This document shows positions 28,352-39,900 of a stretch of 64,000 bases of DNA, one piece after another (positions within the stretch are counted from its first letter, which is position 1; each line of letters begins with the position of its first letter). A model generated the notes under the pieces. The model was given only the letters and a program-made list of their open reading frames with translations. It was not told where the DNA came from and searched no databases. The position numbers and the translations under genes are program-made. The DNA is from an uncultured Chloroflexia bacterium (GTDB taxonomy: Bacteria; Chloroflexota; Limnocylindria; Limnocylindrales; CSP1-4): assembly GCA_963813535.1 (NCBI GenBank), contig CAWEZH010000002.1, positions 1,398,665-1,462,664 of the forward strand. Reading direction: 5' to 3'.

Positions 28352-28789
28352 ATGGTCGCCGCGCGCCGGCATGCCCGTGTTCCGGCCGAGCTCGAACGAC
28401 TGGCCGAGCTTCGCGCGATCGTCCGGGACGTGGCCAAAGGGTGCGAAGCGCCGGCCGACTGCATCGACGACCTCGTCCAGGCCGTCGACGAGGCCGCCAC
28501 GAACACCATCCGCTACGGCTATCGCGGCGAACCCGGCTGGATCGACCTGACCGCCGAGCTTGTCGCGGACGACATCGTCATCACCCTGGAGGACGAGGCA
28601 CCCGAGTTCGACCCGACCGGCGCTCCGTCCCCGGACATGACCGTGCCGGCCGACCGGCGTCCGCCGGGCGGCATGGGAATCCACCTGATGCGCCTCGCGA
28701 CCGACTCGATCGAGCATCGGGCGCGACCGGGCGGTGGCAACATACTCAGGCTGACGCGGTCGAGGGCCCGCGGCCCGAAGGAGGAGTGA
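28352..28789 (+). CDS. RsbW/SpoIIAB-like anti-sigma factor serine kinase (HATPase_c_2)
   Basis: The internal ATG of ORF 28274..28789 gives ELERLAELRAIVRDV...VDEAATNTIRYGY...GGMGIHLMRLATDS. Confidence 0.75.
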   Translation: MVAARRHARVPAELERLAELRAIVRDVAKGCEAPADCIDDLVQAVDEAATNTIRYGYRGEPGWIDLTAELVADDIVITLEDEAPEFDPTGAPSPDMTVPADRRPPGGMGIHLMRLATDSIEHRARPGGGNILRLTRSRARGPKEE

Positions 28790-28791
28790 CG

Positions 28792-29211
28792 ATGGCCATG
28801 CAGACCACGGTCGAGCGAGTCGATGGGCGCGTCCCCGTCACCGTCATGGCGCTGTCCGGTGAGCTCGACGCGTCGAACTATCTCCGCCTCGTCGATGACG
28901 TCCGCCCGCTGTACGCCGCCGGCACCCGGCACCTGCTGCTCGACCTCCGCGACCTCACGTTCATCGCGAGCTCCGGATTGGTCGCCCTGTACTCGATCCT
29001 CATGGTCATGCAGGGCAAAGAGCCACCCGACCCGGAGTACGGCTGGAGTGCCCTTCACGAGATGGAACGCGGCGTGGAGGAGGGTGCGACCCAGGATGTC
29101 GTCAGGCTGAGCGGCGTCCAGCCGGCCGTCGGCGAGGTCCTCCAGCGAACCGGCATCGATGCCCTGTTCCCCAGCCATCCCGACAGGGAGTCCGCGCTCG
29201 CGGCGTTCTAG
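28792..29211 (+). CDS. STAS-domain anti-sigma-factor antagonist (RsbV/SpoIIAA-like)
   Basis: MALSGELDASNYLRLVDDV...LLLDLRDLTFIASSGLVAL, with the phosphorylatable Ser context present. It starts 3 nt after the RsbW-like gene. Confidence 0.75.
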   Translation: MAMQTTVERVDGRVPVTVMALSGELDASNYLRLVDDVRPLYAAGTRHLLLDLRDLTFIASSGLVALYSILMVMQGKEPPDPEYGWSALHEMERGVEEGATQDVVRLSGVQPAVGEVLQRTGIDALFPSHPDRESALAAF

Positions 29212-29228
29212 TTCCTCGTGACCGTGCC

Positions 29229-30272
29229 ATGAACGAGGACCACAAGGACTCGATCGAGGCGATCCTGCGGCCGTTCACGCGCGTCGGCGATGAGCTCGCC
29301 GTTCACCTCGAGCTCGAGGGAAGCGACGGCTCGACGGTTCCCACAGGTGGGCCGCGTTTGACGCGCGACCTCGAAGCCGATGGACGCTTCGTCGGACGCC
29401 TCGTGGCCGAGGGTCCGTCCGTGTCGCAGAGATCCGTCGTCGCCGCACTGGAGGCACTCGCGGTCGCGGTCGAACGCATCCTGGTGGTCCCACCGCGTGA
29501 AGGCGTGTCCGACTCGAGCGGGTCGGATCCGCGAAGCGGGATGGCGGCCGAGCTTGCCCTGAGCCGGCTGCAGCAGCGAAGCATCGTGTCGCTCGAGCCG
29601 CCCGATGTGCCGGGCTACGACCTGGCCAGCTACTACGAGCCGGCGCGCGAGATCGGTGGCGACTTCTTCGAGCTGTTCCGGCTACGTCGTCGGGGCCGGC
29701 CGTTGGGTCTCGTCATCGCGGATGTGACCGGCAAGGGCATTGCCGCGGCGCTGCTGATGGCGTTCGCGCGACCCGTGATCCACTCCGCCCTGCAGGCAGC
29801 AAGCGGGCCTGCCGACGCGTTGCGCCGCACGAACCGGATCCTGGTCGAGGAGCTGCATACGGCGCTGTTCATCACCGCGCTCGTCGGTCGACTCGACGTC
29901 ACCTCGGGCCGCCTGCAGATCTCGAACGCCGGCCACGAACCACCGCTCCTGCTCCCGGCCGACGGCGGGCCGATCACCGAGATCGGGGGTGGCGGACCGC
30001 TGCTCGGGATGTTCTCGCCGCTGGAGCTCGCCGAGACCGAGCTGGAGTTCGCTCCGGGCGACCGACTGCTCCTTTACACCGACGGTGTGACCGATGCGCT
30101 CACGTCGAGCGGCGAGCGGTTCGGCAAGGGCCGGTTGATCTCGACGATCGAGGACGCGCGCGATGGGTCGGCGCACGACATCGTCCGGGTGCTGAGCCAG
30201 GCGGTCAGCGGGTTCTGCGCCGATGTGGCGCCGACCGATGATGTGACGATCGTGGCGGTCGGGCGGCACTGA
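29229..30272 (+). CDS. PP2C-type (SpoIIE/RsbU-like) serine phosphatase with an N-terminal sensor-like region
   Basis: Has YEPAREIGGDFFELF...VIADVTGKGIAAALLMA...LLLYTDGVTDA. Confidence 0.8.
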   Translation: MNEDHKDSIEAILRPFTRVGDELAVHLELEGSDGSTVPTGGPRLTRDLEADGRFVGRLVAEGPSVSQRSVVAALEALAVAVERILVVPPREGVSDSSGSDPRSGMAAELALSRLQQRSIVSLEPPDVPGYDLASYYEPAREIGGDFFELFRLRRRGRPLGLVIADVTGKGIAAALLMAFARPVIHSALQAASGPADALRRTNRILVEELHTALFITALVGRLDVTSGRLQISNAGHEPPLLLPADGGPITEIGGGGPLLGMFSPLELAETELEFAPGDRLLLYTDGVTDALTSSGERFGKGRLISTIEDARDGSAHDIVRVLSQAVSGFCADVAPTDDVTIVAVGRH

Positions 30273-30300
30273 CGTCGGGGCCAGCCGCCGGACATGAGAC

Positions 30301-30332
30301 GGCCGCCGGGTCGAGCCTCGACGCCGGCGGCC
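30301..30332. terminator. GC-rich hairpin between convergent genes (bidirectional terminator candidate)
   Basis: ggccgccgg (30301-30309) pairs with ccggcggcc (30324-30332), and there is an inner gtcgag/ctcgac palindrome. There is no U-tract, which is common in high-GC genomes. Confidence 0.45.
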
Positions 30333-30351
30333 GCAGGTGCAGCGTGGCGGG

Positions 30352-30780
30352 TCAGACCGTGGCCACGGTCCGGCGGTCGAACACGCGGATCAAGGCGAGG
30401 ATCAGCAGCTCGACGAGGCTCCAGCCGATCAGCGCGACGATCGCCGCGATATCGAGCTTCGAGCCCTGGTCGGCCGTCACGCGGTCGATCGAGAACATGC
30501 CGCGGAACGGCTCGACGAACGGATCGGTGATGGTCAGGATGAGCTGGACGACGTCGTTGCCAGGGTTCGCGACCAGCAGCAGCAGGATGATCCGAAGGAT
30601 CAGGGCGACCTGCAGCACCCCGAAGAGGAAGGTCACGACCCGCGCGATCACAGCGGCCGTACCGGGACCGGCCGGCACGTGGGCCCGTTCGGTCGTGCGC
30701 ACGGCCGTCGACTGCGGCTCGGTCGCCACAGGGTCCGTCGTGGTCGTCTGATGGGTGGTGGTTCGTTCGTAATCGGTCAT
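30352..30780 (-). CDS. YggT-family membrane protein with a Thr-rich N-terminal extension
   Basis: Has the YggT-like core VIARVVTFLFGVLQVALILRIILLLL...ITDPFVEPFRGMF...DIAAIVALIGW. Confidence 0.65.
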   Translation of the reverse strand: MTDYERTTTHQTTTTDPVATEPQSTAVRTTERAHVPAGPGTAAVIARVVTFLFGVLQVALILRIILLLLVANPGNDVVQLILTITDPFVEPFRGMFSIDRVTADQGSKLDIAAIVALIGWSLVELLILALIRVFDRRTVATV

Positions 30781-30940
30781 GGGTGGGCCTCCTGGGCTTG
30801 CGAGCCGCAGGATGGCCTCAGTACCTCACCGCGCGCGCATCACTCGCCGCACGTGATGCTTGCAGGGGCATGCCAGACCGCCGTTCGGTGCGCGTGGACA
30901 CCGTCGCCCCGCACGGCGTCGCGATCGGTGCGCCGGGTCG

Positions 30941-33900
30941 TCAGGCGGGGCGGAGGGCGATCAGCTGCGCGACGTTGCCTGATGACTGCGAGGACGTGGC
31001 CGCGAACGTACCGGTCGCGCCCGCTGCCGCCCGGATGGCACTCGCGGACATCAGGGAGGTGAACTGGCTCGGCGAGGTGCCGATCAGGTCGCAGCGTTCC
31101 GTGAAGCCGGCCGGCGGCGTCCAGGTCGAGCCTGCCATGTTCCCGAAGATGGCAACGAGCATCGTGTTCGCGACCGGGGTCGTGATCGACGGCGCGGTCG
31201 CCGTGGTCGAAGCGCTGGCCGCCACCTGGCCGCCCGAGGCGGCGATCGGGTTGGCCGTGTTGACGCCGCTGTAGGCATGGATCGTGCCGGCAGCCAGGCG
31301 GGATGCCGAGAACGTCCAGGTCCACGATGCGGGATCCCCGCCAGCCGCCACACGCCAGTAGGTGTGCATGCGGAGGCTGGATGTGTACGTATCGGTCCGG
31401 ATGAGCGTCCAGCCAGCCGGCGCTGTCACGGTGGAGGTCCCGCGGACACCGAGCGACGCGAGGAGCAGGTCTCCCGCCACCGTGCCTGTCGGCCGGGCGA
31501 GGTTGATGCTGGTCGTGGAGGCGTTGTTGGAGCCGAAGCTGACGGCGCGGAAGGCGATGCCGCTGCCCGCCGGCACGTCGGTCACGGTCCAGGTGAAGGT
31601 GTCGGTGGCATCGACGGCCGGACCGTCGCGCACGGTGATGGACACGGCATACGGGCTCGAGGCGGCGGCCACCGAGCTGATCGTGCCGGTGATCAGGCCG
31701 GTCGACGTGTTGATCGACAGCCCTGCAGGCAGGTTCGTGGCCGCGTACGTCAGCGGATCACCGTCGGGATCGGTCGCTCCTGCATCGAGGGTGACGCCCG
31801 TGCCCTCGGGGTCGGTCCGGTTGCCCAGGTTCTGGTCGAAGGTGGGCGGCAGGTTCGGACCCGGGACGTCGGTCACGGTCCATGTGAACGTGTCGGTCGC
31901 GTCGACCGTGGCCCCATCGCGGACCGTGATCGACACCGCATACGGGCTGCCGGCTGCCGCGGTCGAGTTGATGGTGCCGGTGATCAGGCCGGTGCCGGTC
32001 GCGATCGACAGACCCGGCGGGAGGTTCGTGGCGGCGTAGGTCAGCGGATCACCGTCGAGGTCGGTCGCGCCCGCATCGAGGTTGACGACCGTGCCTTCCG
32101 GATCCGTCCGGTTGGGCAGGTTCTGGTCGAACGTCGGCTCGTTGTTGACGGGCGGCGGTCCGCCGGCCGCCGGTCGGAGGGCGATGAGCTGGGCGGCGTT
32201 GCCGGACGACATCGTCGCCGATGCCACGGCCGTACCGGTCGCGCCGACGGCCGGCCGAAGCACGTCGGCCGACATCATGGACGTGAACTGCGAGGGCGAC
32301 GTGCCGATCAGGTCGGCTCGTTCGACGAAGCCCGCGGGCGGCGTCCATGTGGTGTTGGCGAGGTTTGCGTAGAACGCCACGAGCATCGTGTTCGCGACCG
32401 TGGTGGTGATCGACGGCGCCGTCGACGTCGCGGAGGGTGACGCGGCGGGCTGACCACCGGAGGCGTCGATCGGTGTCGTCGTGTTGACCCCGCTGTACGC
32501 GTGGACCACGCCGGCCGCCAGACGCGAACCCGAGAACGTCCATGTCCACGTCGCCGGATCGGATCCGGTCGCCAGGCGCCAGTAGACGTGCATGCGCAGG
32601 CTGGACGTGTACGTGTCGGTACGGATCAGCGCCCAGCCCGCGGGGGCAGTGACCGTGGACGTCCCGCGCACATCGAGGGACGCGAGCATCACATCGCCCG
32701 CGAGCGTGCCCGTGGGCCGGTTCAGGACGATGCTCGTCGACGAGGCGTTGTTCGAGCCGGAGCTGACGGCCCGCAGCGCGATGGGAGCGCCCGCCGGCAC
32801 ATCGGTGACCGTCCACGTGAAGATGTCGGTGGCGTCGACGGTCGCGCCGTCGCGGACCGTCACGCTGACGCTGTACGGGCTGCCGGCCGCGGCGGTCGAG
32901 CTGATCGTGCCGGTGATCAGACCTGTCGCGGTGTTGATCGTCAGGCCGGTGGGCAGATTCGTCGCTGCGTACGTCAGCGGGTCATTGTCGAGATCCGTCG
33001 CCCCGGCGTCGAGGCTGATGACCGCCCCTTCTGGATCGGTCCGGTTCTGGACGTCCTGGTCGAAGGTGGGCTCGCGGTTCACGTTGGTGACGGTCCACTG
33101 GAACGTATCGGTCGCATCGACCGTGGGGCCGTCGCGGACCGTCACGGACACGTTGTACGGGCTTCCCGCGGCCGCGGTGAACGCGATGGTGCCGGTGATG
33201 AGGCCCGTGCCGGTGTCGATGCTCAGGCCAGCTGGCAGACCCGTGGCGGCATAGGTCAGCGGGTCGCTCTCGGGGTCGGTCGCCCCGGCATCGAGGCTGA
33301 TGACCGCGCCCTCGGGGTTCGACTGGCTCGGCACGTCCTGGTCGAACGTCGGTGGCTGATTGGGTGGCGGCACCTCGGTGACCGTCCAGGTGAAGGTGTC
33401 GGTCGCATCGACCGTCGCGCCATCACGGACCGTCACGCTGACGCTGTACGGGCTGGTGTCCGCGCCAGTGGCGCCGATCGTGCCGGTGATCAGACCGGTC
33501 GTCGGGCTGATGCTGAGCCCAGGTGGCAGATTCGTCGCGGCGTAGGTCAACGGGTCGCCATCGAGGTCGGTGGCGCCGGCGTCGAGGCTGATGACCGCAC
33601 CCTCGGCATGGTTCTGGTTCGGGACGTCCTGATCGAACGTGGGCTCACGGTTCACGTTGGTGACGGTCCAGGTGAACGTGTCGGTGGCGTCGACGGTCGC
33701 GCCGTCGCGCACAGTGACGCTGACGCTGTACGGGCTTCCAGCGGCCGCGGTGAAGGCGATCGTCCCGGTGATGAGGCCTGTCGACGTGTTGATCGACAGA
33801 CCCGCCGGCAGGTTCGTCGCGGCGTAGGTCAGCGGATCGTTGTCGAGGTCGGTCGCCCCGGCATCCAGGGTGATGACGGCGGCCTCGGCATGGTTCTGGT

Positions 33901-36900
33901 CCGGGACGTTCTGGTCGAAGGTCGGTTCGTTGTTGACAGGCGGGGGCCCGCCGGCCGATGGCCGCAGGGCGATGGCTTGCGCCACGTTGCCCGACGAGGC
34001 CGTCGCCATGGCCGAGACCGCGCCGGTCGCGCCCGCCGTCGGTCGCGAGACGTCGGCCGACTCCAACGAGGTGAACTGCGATGGCGAGGTCCCGACCAGG
34101 TCAGCGCGTTCGACGAAGCCCGCCGGTGGCGTCCAGGTCGAGCTGGACATGTTGGCGAAGAACGCCACCAGTCGCGTGTTGTTCACCGTCGTCGTGATCG
34201 ACGGTGCGGTCGCAGACGCCGACGTGGTAGCCGCGGCCTGACCGCCGGAGGCGTCGATGGGCGTCGTCGTGTTGACCCCGCTGTACGCATGGATCGCGCC
34301 GGCGGCAAGGCGGGCGGCGGAGAAGGTCCACGTCCATGTGGCTGGGTCGGAGACCGTCGCCAGGCGCCAGTACGAGTGCATCCGCAGGCTGGAGGTGTAG
34401 GTGTCGGTGCGGATGAGCGTCCAGCCGGCAGGTGCCGTCACGGTCGAGGTGCCCCGCACGCTCAGCGATGCCAGCATGACGTCGCCCGCGACCGTGCCCG
34501 CCGGACGGTTCAGGGTGATGCTCGTGGTCGATGCGTTGTTGGAGCCGGAGCTGAAGGCGCGCAGCGCAGGTACGGCGCCCTCGGCCACATCGCTGACCGC
34601 CCAGCTGAAGGTGTCGGTGGCATCGACCGTGGCACCGTCGCGCACGGTGACCGACACGGCGTACGGGCTGCCCGCGGCGGCGGTGGACGAGATGGTGCCG
34701 GTGATCAGCCCGGTCGTCGTGTTGATCGACAAGCCCGGCGGCAGGTTGGTCGCGGCGTAGGTCAGGGTGTCGCCGTCGGGGTCGGTGGCGCCCGCGTCGA
34801 GGTTGATGACCGCGCCCTCGGCATGGCTCTGGTCGGGCACGTCCTGGTCGAACGTCGGCTCGCGGTTGACGTTGGTCACGGTCCACTGGAACGTGTCGGT
34901 CGCGTCGACCGTGGCCCCGTCACGGACGGTCACCGACACGTTGTACGGGGTGGCCGAGGCGGTGAACGCGATGGTCCCCGTGATGAGCCCGGTGGTGGTG
35001 CTGATCGAGAGGCCCGGCGGCAGGTTGGTGGCGGCATAGGTCAGGGCGTCGCCGTCGGGATCGGTGGCGCCCGCGTCGAGGTTGACGAGGGTGCCCTCGG
35101 GGTCGGTCCGGTTGAGCACGTCCTGGTCGAACGTCGGCTCGCGGTTGAGGTTGGTCACGGTCCACGTGAACGTGTCGGTCGCGTCGGCCGTCGGCGGGCT
35201 GTCGCTCACCGTGATGCTGACGGCATACGGGCTGCCGGCCGCGGCGGTGAACGCGATGGTGCCGGTGATGAGCCCGGTGGTGGTGTTGATCGAGAGGCCC
35301 GGCGGCAGGTTGGTGGCGGCATAGGTCAGGGTGTCGCCGTCGGGGTCGGTGGCGCCCGCGTCGAGGTTGACGAGGGTGCCCTCGGGGTCGGTCCGGTTGC
35401 CCAGGTTCTGGTCGAAGGTCGGGTTGCCGTTGACGTTGCTGACCGCCCAGCTGAAGGTGTCGGTGGCATCGACCGTGGCACCGTCGCGCACGGTGACCGA
35501 CACGGCGTACGGGCTGCCCGCGGCGGCGGTGGACGAGATGGTGCCGGTGATCAGCCCGGTCGTCGTGTTGATCGACAAGCCCGGCGGCAGGTTGGTCGCG
35601 GCGTAGGTCAGGGTGTCGCCGTCGGGGTCGGTGGCGCCCGCGTCGAGGTTGATGACCGCGCCCTCGGCATGGCTCTGGTCGGGCACGTCCTGGTCGAACG
35701 TCGGCTCGCGGTTGACGTTGGTCACGGTCCACTGGAACGTGTCGGTCGCGTCGACCGTGGCCCCGTCACGGACGGTCACCGACACGTTGTACGGGGTGGC
35801 CGAGGCGGTGAACGCGATGGTCCCCGTGATGAGCCCGGTGGTGGTGCTGATCGAGAGGCCCGGCGGCAGGTTGGTGGCGGCATAGGTCAGGGCGTCGCCG
35901 TCGGGATCGGTGGCGCCCGCGTCGAGGTTGACGAGGGTGCCCTCGGGGTCGGTCCGGTTGAGCACGTCCTGGTCGAACGTCGGCTCGCGGTTGAGGTTGG
36001 TCACGGTCCACGTGAACGTGTCGGTCGCGTCGGCCGTCGGCGGGCTGTCGCTCACCGTGATGCTGACGGCATACGGGCTGCCGGCCGCGGCGGTGAACGC
36101 GATGGTGCCGGTGATGAGCCCGGTGGTGGTGTTGATCGAGAGGCCCGGCGGCAGGTTGGTGGCGGCATAGGTCAGGGTGTCGCCGTCGGGGTCGGTGCGC
36201 ACCGCGTCGAGGTTGACGAGCGTGCCCTCGGGGTCGGTCCGGTTGCCCAGGTTCTGGTCGAAGGTCGGGTTGCCGTTGACGTTGCTGACCGCCCAGCTGA
36301 AGGTGTCGGTGGCATCGACCGTGGCACCGTCGCGCACGGTGACCGACACGGCGTACGGGCTGCCCGCGGCGGCGGTGGACGAGATGGTGCCGGTGATCAG
36401 CCCGGTCGTCGTGTTGATCGACAGGCCCGGCGGCAGGTTGGTCGCGGCGTAGGTCAGGGTGTCGCCGTCGAGATCGGTGGCGCCCGCGTCGAGGTTGATG
36501 ACCGCGCCCTCGGCATGGCTCTGGTCGGGCACGTCCTGGTCGAACGTCGGCTCGCGGTTGACGTTGGTCACGGTCCACTGGAAGGTCGACGGGACCGGCG
36601 GGTTGAACGGATCGTCCGCGGTGACCGTGACGTTGTATGGGCTGCCCGCGGCCGCGGTGAACGCGATCGTGCCGGTGATGTGACCGGTGGTCGGGTTCAT
36701 CGTGAGTCCGGCCGGAAGCCCGCTCGCGCCGTACGTGAGCGTGTCGTTCTCTGGGTCGGTCGCCGTGACCGTCAGGTCGATGACGTTGCCTTCGGCGTTG
36801 GTCTGGTTCGGCACGGCGGTCACGATCGGCGGGTTGTTGCTCGGGCCGCTCGCGGTCGTGAACGTCCAGGTCGGGCTGGTGCGGTCCGCGATGCCGTCGC

Positions 36901-39900
36901 TCGTCACGGCGTACCACTCGTAGCCCGTGGCTGGCGCTCGGCCCGGCCAGGGCATCGAGGCGGTGGAGCCGGAGGTGGTCTCCACCGTCCCGATGAGGTC
37001 GAAGCCGGCCAGCGCGGTCATGTCGTACGCCAGGTCGAACCGGCTGGTCGCGTCGTTCTCGAACGTGCTGAGCTTGGGTGAGTACGTGTACGCCTCGATC
37101 GTGTTCAGGCTCGGCCGGAACGTGTAGTAGCGCAACCAGCCGTCGCCGCCGTTGGCGCGGCTCTGGTAGTCCGTCAGGACCTGGTGGACCGGCTGCCCGC
37201 ACGAGTTCGTCGACGTCAGCCGACCCTCGCCCGGGTAGTGACCGTTGACGACCATGAAGACGTTGCAGTTCGGCGCGACGAGCTGTGTCCAGACCTGAGC
37301 GGCAGATAGGCCGTCGGATCGCGTCGTGACACGCGATGAAGGGCGCGCATTCGACGTGTTCACGAACGCATGGGTGCTCAGGATCACCTGGCGATCCGGG
37401 TAGCGATCGATGATCTCGTCGGCCCACTGCACGGCGTAGGTCGGCATGTCGATCTCGAGGTGGATGATCAGGAAGTCGATGCCGCCGGCGGTGAAGAGCT
37501 CGTAGTTGTCCTTGTTCAGGCGCTGGACCTGGCCGGCTTCCTCGCCGAGCCAGCCGCCGTACCACGGATTGACGGGCAGGTTGTAGCGCCCAGGCGGGAA
37601 GTACTCATCCCACAGGTCGGACGTGACGGCGCCGGGGTTGCTCATGTCGTGGTTGCCCGGGGCGAGGTTGTTCGGGATGCCGGCGTTGTCGAGGGTGTCC
37701 ATGGCCGCGTCGGCGCGGTCGAACTCCTGGCGGACCGTGTCGAAGTGCTCGGTGATGTCACCGAGCTGGCTCACGAAGACGATGTTGAGGTCGTCTTCGT
37801 TGTTGACGATCCACTGGGTCTGCTGGTTGAACGTCATGAAGTCGGCGTCGCTATCGACGTAGTGCTGCGTGTCGGGGATCACGGCGATCGTGAAGTCCTC
37901 GGCCGCTGAGGAACCGGCGGTCCGCCCATAGAAGGACGTCGTCAGCGTTCCACCGTTCGGGTCGCTCACACCGACCTGCAACGTGGGGTTGACGGACACC
38001 CCGGTCGCGCCGTTGGTGGGCGCGACGTTGGTCGGGACATTCGGTGGCGTGTTGGCGGTCGAGACGAACGGCGTGCCCGTCACGAACAGCGGTCCGTTCG
38101 TCAGCGTGCCGTTGACCGTGGTCCCGGCGGAGCTGGCGATGGTCCCGCCCGCGCCCTCGTCCATGCTCCAGCGGGCGACCATGCCGGGCGCCGACGCGAG
38201 CGGTCCGGTCATCGCGGCCTGGATCTGCGCCTCGGACCGGATCGTGTTCCAGATGCGGGCCTCGTCCATGATGCCGTTGAAGGCGCCGACCGGCGTCCCG
38301 CCCGAGTTCATGGCCGTGCCCAGGCCGGCGTCCTGCGTGCTGTCGGCGCGGAGCGGCTGGCCGACGTTGACCGGTGTCATGTCGAGCACGCCGTTGACGT
38401 AGATGCGCCACGTGCCGTTGTACGTCACGGCCGCGTGGTACCAGACCCCGTTCTGGATCACGGTGTCGCCCGACACAGGGTGGTTCAGGCCCGGCGTCCC
38501 ACCCCCGGCACCTTCCTCGAAATCGGCCACGAGCTTGCCGCTCGTAGCGTCGATGCCGAGGAAGTAGTTCATGTCGGCGGCCGTGCCATCGGCTTCGTTG
38601 CGGCCCTTGGTGATCAGCGGGATGGCGGCGGCCAGTCCGCCGGCGCCCGTCTGCGTCGCGACGCCGGCGCCATCGCGGCGGAACCACGTCTCCAGGGTGA
38701 ATTGCGACAGGCCAAGCGTCGCGCTGTCCCCGAACGTCACGTAGTCGTTGGCTCCGTCGAAGTCGAGGCCGAAGTTCGGCGCAGGACCCGGATCGATCAC
38801 GGTGACCGTGATCTCATCGAAGATCGTGTTCGCGCCATCGGCGGCCGTGAGCCGGAAGACATAGTCGCCCGGCCCGCTGCCGGTGAACGAGACGGACGTC
38901 GACTGCGAGTTCGGGTTGGCGATCGCCGCCGAGTCGGGCCCTGAGATCTGCGACCACGTGGTCGTGAGGGCCGACGGCAGGCCGTCGTCGAGCGCCAGGC
39001 CATCGAGCAGCGCGCTCGAGGGCAGGGTGACGTTCTGGTTCGGCCCGGCACTGACGGTCGGGATATCGAAGGGCGCCCCGGCCGGCCAGCTCGTGCCGGT
39101 ACCCGTGATCGTGCCGTCGGCGTCGGGTGCGACACCGTCGTCGACATTGGTGCCGGTCCCCTCGCCCATCGACCATCGGGCGACGAGCCCTGTCGTCGAA
39201 GCAGGGAGCTGGTGGACCCCGGACTGGATCTGCGAAAGGTTGCGCGCGCCTGTCCAGACCCGTGTCTCATCGATCACGCCCTGGAACCGTGCCGTGTTGC
39301 CGGGCGCGCCGGTCGTGGTCAACATCACGCCGAGGCCAGCGTGCTGCGCCGTATCCGAGCGCGGCGTTGCGCTCTCGAGCTCGGTCGCCTCGAGCCGGCC
39401 GTTCAGGTAGAGACGCCATGTCGAGCCGTCATACGTCGCGGCCGCGTGGTACCAGACACCGTTCACGAGCGTCGTGGTCCCGGAGATCGGATGGTTGGCG
39501 CCGGACGCGGTGTCCTCGAAGTCAGCGGCAAGGACGTCGGTGGCGTCGTTGATCCCGAGGAGCCAGTTGGCATCCACGGTGCCACCCTCGGTCTGTGGGC
39601 CGCCATGCGTGACGAGCGGGATGAATGACGCGATGCCGCCGGTGCCCGTCTCGTTGGCGACCCCGGCACCCGTCCGCTTGAACCAGGTCTCGATCGTGAA
39701 CGTCGACAGGTCGAGCTTTGCCGGATCGCCGAACGTGACGTATGCGCCGCTGGACCCGAGGTCGAGGCCGGTCGGCTGTTGGGGCGCACCTGCAGGCGTC
39801 GCGGTGACCTGGTTCGACGCGGTCGACTGGTTGGTGGAGTCGTCGACCGCCGTGACGACGTAGAAGTAGGCCGTGCCGTTGGTGACGCTGTTGTCGACGA

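Noticed and set aside
30944-34591. Diversity-generating retroelement or other targeted hypervariation acting on the three copies of the unknown 212-aa domain.
   Set aside because: There is no reverse transcriptase or template repeat in the window. Differences between copies are spread over all codon positions and residue types rather than being adenine-specific.
34592-36593. Possible CRISPR array or mobile-element repeats, suggested by the regular repeats here and at 61374-61553.
   Set aside because: The units (846 nt and 63 nt) are directly adjacent with no spacers, are multiples of three, and lie fully inside ORFs encoding protein-domain or peptide repeats. There are no cas, transposase or integrase genes in the window.
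32501-37081. A 1526-aa plus-strand ORF, together with many 60-220-aa plus-strand ORFs, covering the Ig-repeat region.
   Set aside because: It is antisense to the giant minus-strand gene. Its translation is Arg/Gly/Asp/Val-rich low-complexity sequence with no motifs. In a 70% GC genome with periodic repeats, stop-free antisense frames are expected.
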